From positions 1-17,014 of the forward strand of contig CAVAWS010000088.1 in the NCBI GenBank assembly GCA_963592455.1: DNA of 17,014 bases. The letters run 5' to 3'. This DNA comes from Paratractidigestivibacter sp. GTDB taxonomy: Bacteria > Bacillota_I > Bacilli_A > RF39 > UBA660. The notes under the pieces are model-generated. The model did no database searches and was not told where the DNA came from. It worked only from the letters and a program-made list of their open reading frames with translations. This document shows positions 16,150-17,014 of the stretch, piece by piece. A program made the position numbers and the translations under genes. How positions within the stretch are numbered: the first letter of the stretch is position 1; the number at the start of each line of letters is the position of its first letter.

Positions 16150-17014
16150 TTATGACGTAATTATAATAGGAGCAGGTCCAGCAGGCTTATCCGCTGCACT
16201 ATACTTAAAAAGAGCCGGAGTAAATCCGCTAATAATTGAAAAAGAATCTCCAGGAGGTACTCTAAACAAGGTTAAAAACATACAAAATTATCCTGGATAT
16301 ACTGAGCAGTCTGGGCTTAAGCTTGCATTTAGAATGTATAGTCAAGTAGAAGAATTAAATATAAAAATAGTAGTAGCAGAAGTAACCAATATAAATAAAG
16401 ATAATTTATTTTCTGTTGTAACATCTAAGGGAAATTATACAGCACCTTATCTAATATTATCCACAGGAAAAGTTTCAAAGAAATTGGAATGTAACAATGC
16501 TAAAAAGTTTGAACAAAATGGTATATCTTACTGTGTTACATGTGATGGCAATTTATATAAGAATAAAGATGTTGCAGTAATTGGTAGTGGATTATCAGCA
16601 TATGATGCAATTACGTATTTAAGTGGCATTGCAAATAAAATATACTTAATAAATAAAGAGCAAACCTTTAAATATGATATTAAAAATTATAAAAATGTAG
16701 AAGTAAAAAATGGTTTAAATGTAGAAGACATAATAGGGGAAGAAAAACTAGAGAAAATTAAAACTAATAAGGATTTGATAAAAGTAGACGGTGTTTTTGT
16801 TTGTTTAGGAGAAAAGAAAAATGCTTTTTACTATGAAAGTTTAAATTTAAAATCAGATAAAAAGGGATTAATAGTTGATAATAATATGCAAACTAACATG
16901 GATAATGTTTATGCATGTGGTGATATGATAAGCAAAAGTCTATACCAAGTTATAACAGCGACTAGTGAGGGAGCGGTAGCTGCAACTGATATAATAAAGA
17001 AAATAAAGAAGCCA
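16142..17014 (+). CDS. Thioredoxin-reductase-family flavoprotein (3'-partial, 291 codons in window) with CxxC but without the NADPH HRRxxxR signature
   Basis: Not in the ORF track because there is no stop in the window. ATG 16142 overlaps the lgt end by 8 nt, with SD GAAGGTGG at 16128-16135. FAD motif IIIGAGPAGLSAA. Redox site SYCVTCDG (nt 16532-16543). YACGD FAD box near the end. The dinucleotide loop is GSGLSA, and the position of HRRxxxR reads NKEQTFK. Confidence 0.85.
   Translation, partial: MNNYDVIIIGAGPAGLSAALYLKRAGVNPLIIEKESPGGTLNKVKNIQNYPGYTEQSGLKLAFRMYSQVEELNIKIVVAEVTNINKDNLFSVVTSKGNYTAPYLILSTGKVSKKLECNNAKKFEQNGISYCVTCDGNLYKNKDVAVIGSGLSAYDAITYLSGIANKIYLINKEQTFKYDIKNYKNVEVKNGLNVEDIIGEEKLEKIKTNKDLIKVDGVFVCLGEKKNAFYYESLNLKSDKKGLIVDNNMQTNMDNVYACGDMISKSLYQVITATSEGAVAATDIIKKIKKP

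Noticed and set aside
1-17014. CRISPR arrays, tRNA/rRNA genes, riboswitch or T-box leaders, and IS elements
   Set aside because: No spaced identical repeats and no cloverleaf-capable GC-rich segments were seen. All intergenic gaps are 150 nt or shorter and are accounted for by promoter, SD and terminator elements. No transposase-like ORF is present.

Overview
Very AT-rich (roughly 25-30% GC by eye), Firmicutes-type chromosomal core region, almost fully coding. UGA is a stop codon here, since the prfB recoding site uses it. Plus-strand order: a thioredoxin-fold protein (possibly 5'-partial), prfB with its +1 frameshift, a YitT-family membrane protein, ftsE, ftsX, a coiled-coil M23 peptidase, an ATP-grasp ligase, a 92-aa racemase-like mini-ORF and an aspartate racemase. 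A MurJ/SpoVB-type flippase lies convergent on the minus strand. Then follow uvrB, uvrA, a short extra-AT-rich islet (ArpU-like regulator plus a 54-aa ORF missing from the ORF track), a PF04020 holin-like membrane protein, lgt, and a 3'-partial thioredoxin-reductase-like flavoprotein that the ORF track also misses. The backbone order (prfB, YitT-family gene, ftsEX, uvrBA, lgt, trxB-like) resembles what I recall for the Bacillus subtilis prfB-to-trxB region. I found no tRNA, rRNA, CRISPR array, IS element or integrase. I see no clearly novel multi-gene system. The items most worth a second look are: (1) the orphan ArpU-like regulator cassette between uvrA and lgt; (2) a probable D-aspartate cross-bridge module with a racemase N-terminal relic ORF; (3) a catalytically intact M23 peptidase coupled to ftsEX; (4) a TrxR-like protein lacking the NADPH 2'-phosphate-binding signature. 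All functional calls rest on motif recognition by eye and need homology searches to confirm.
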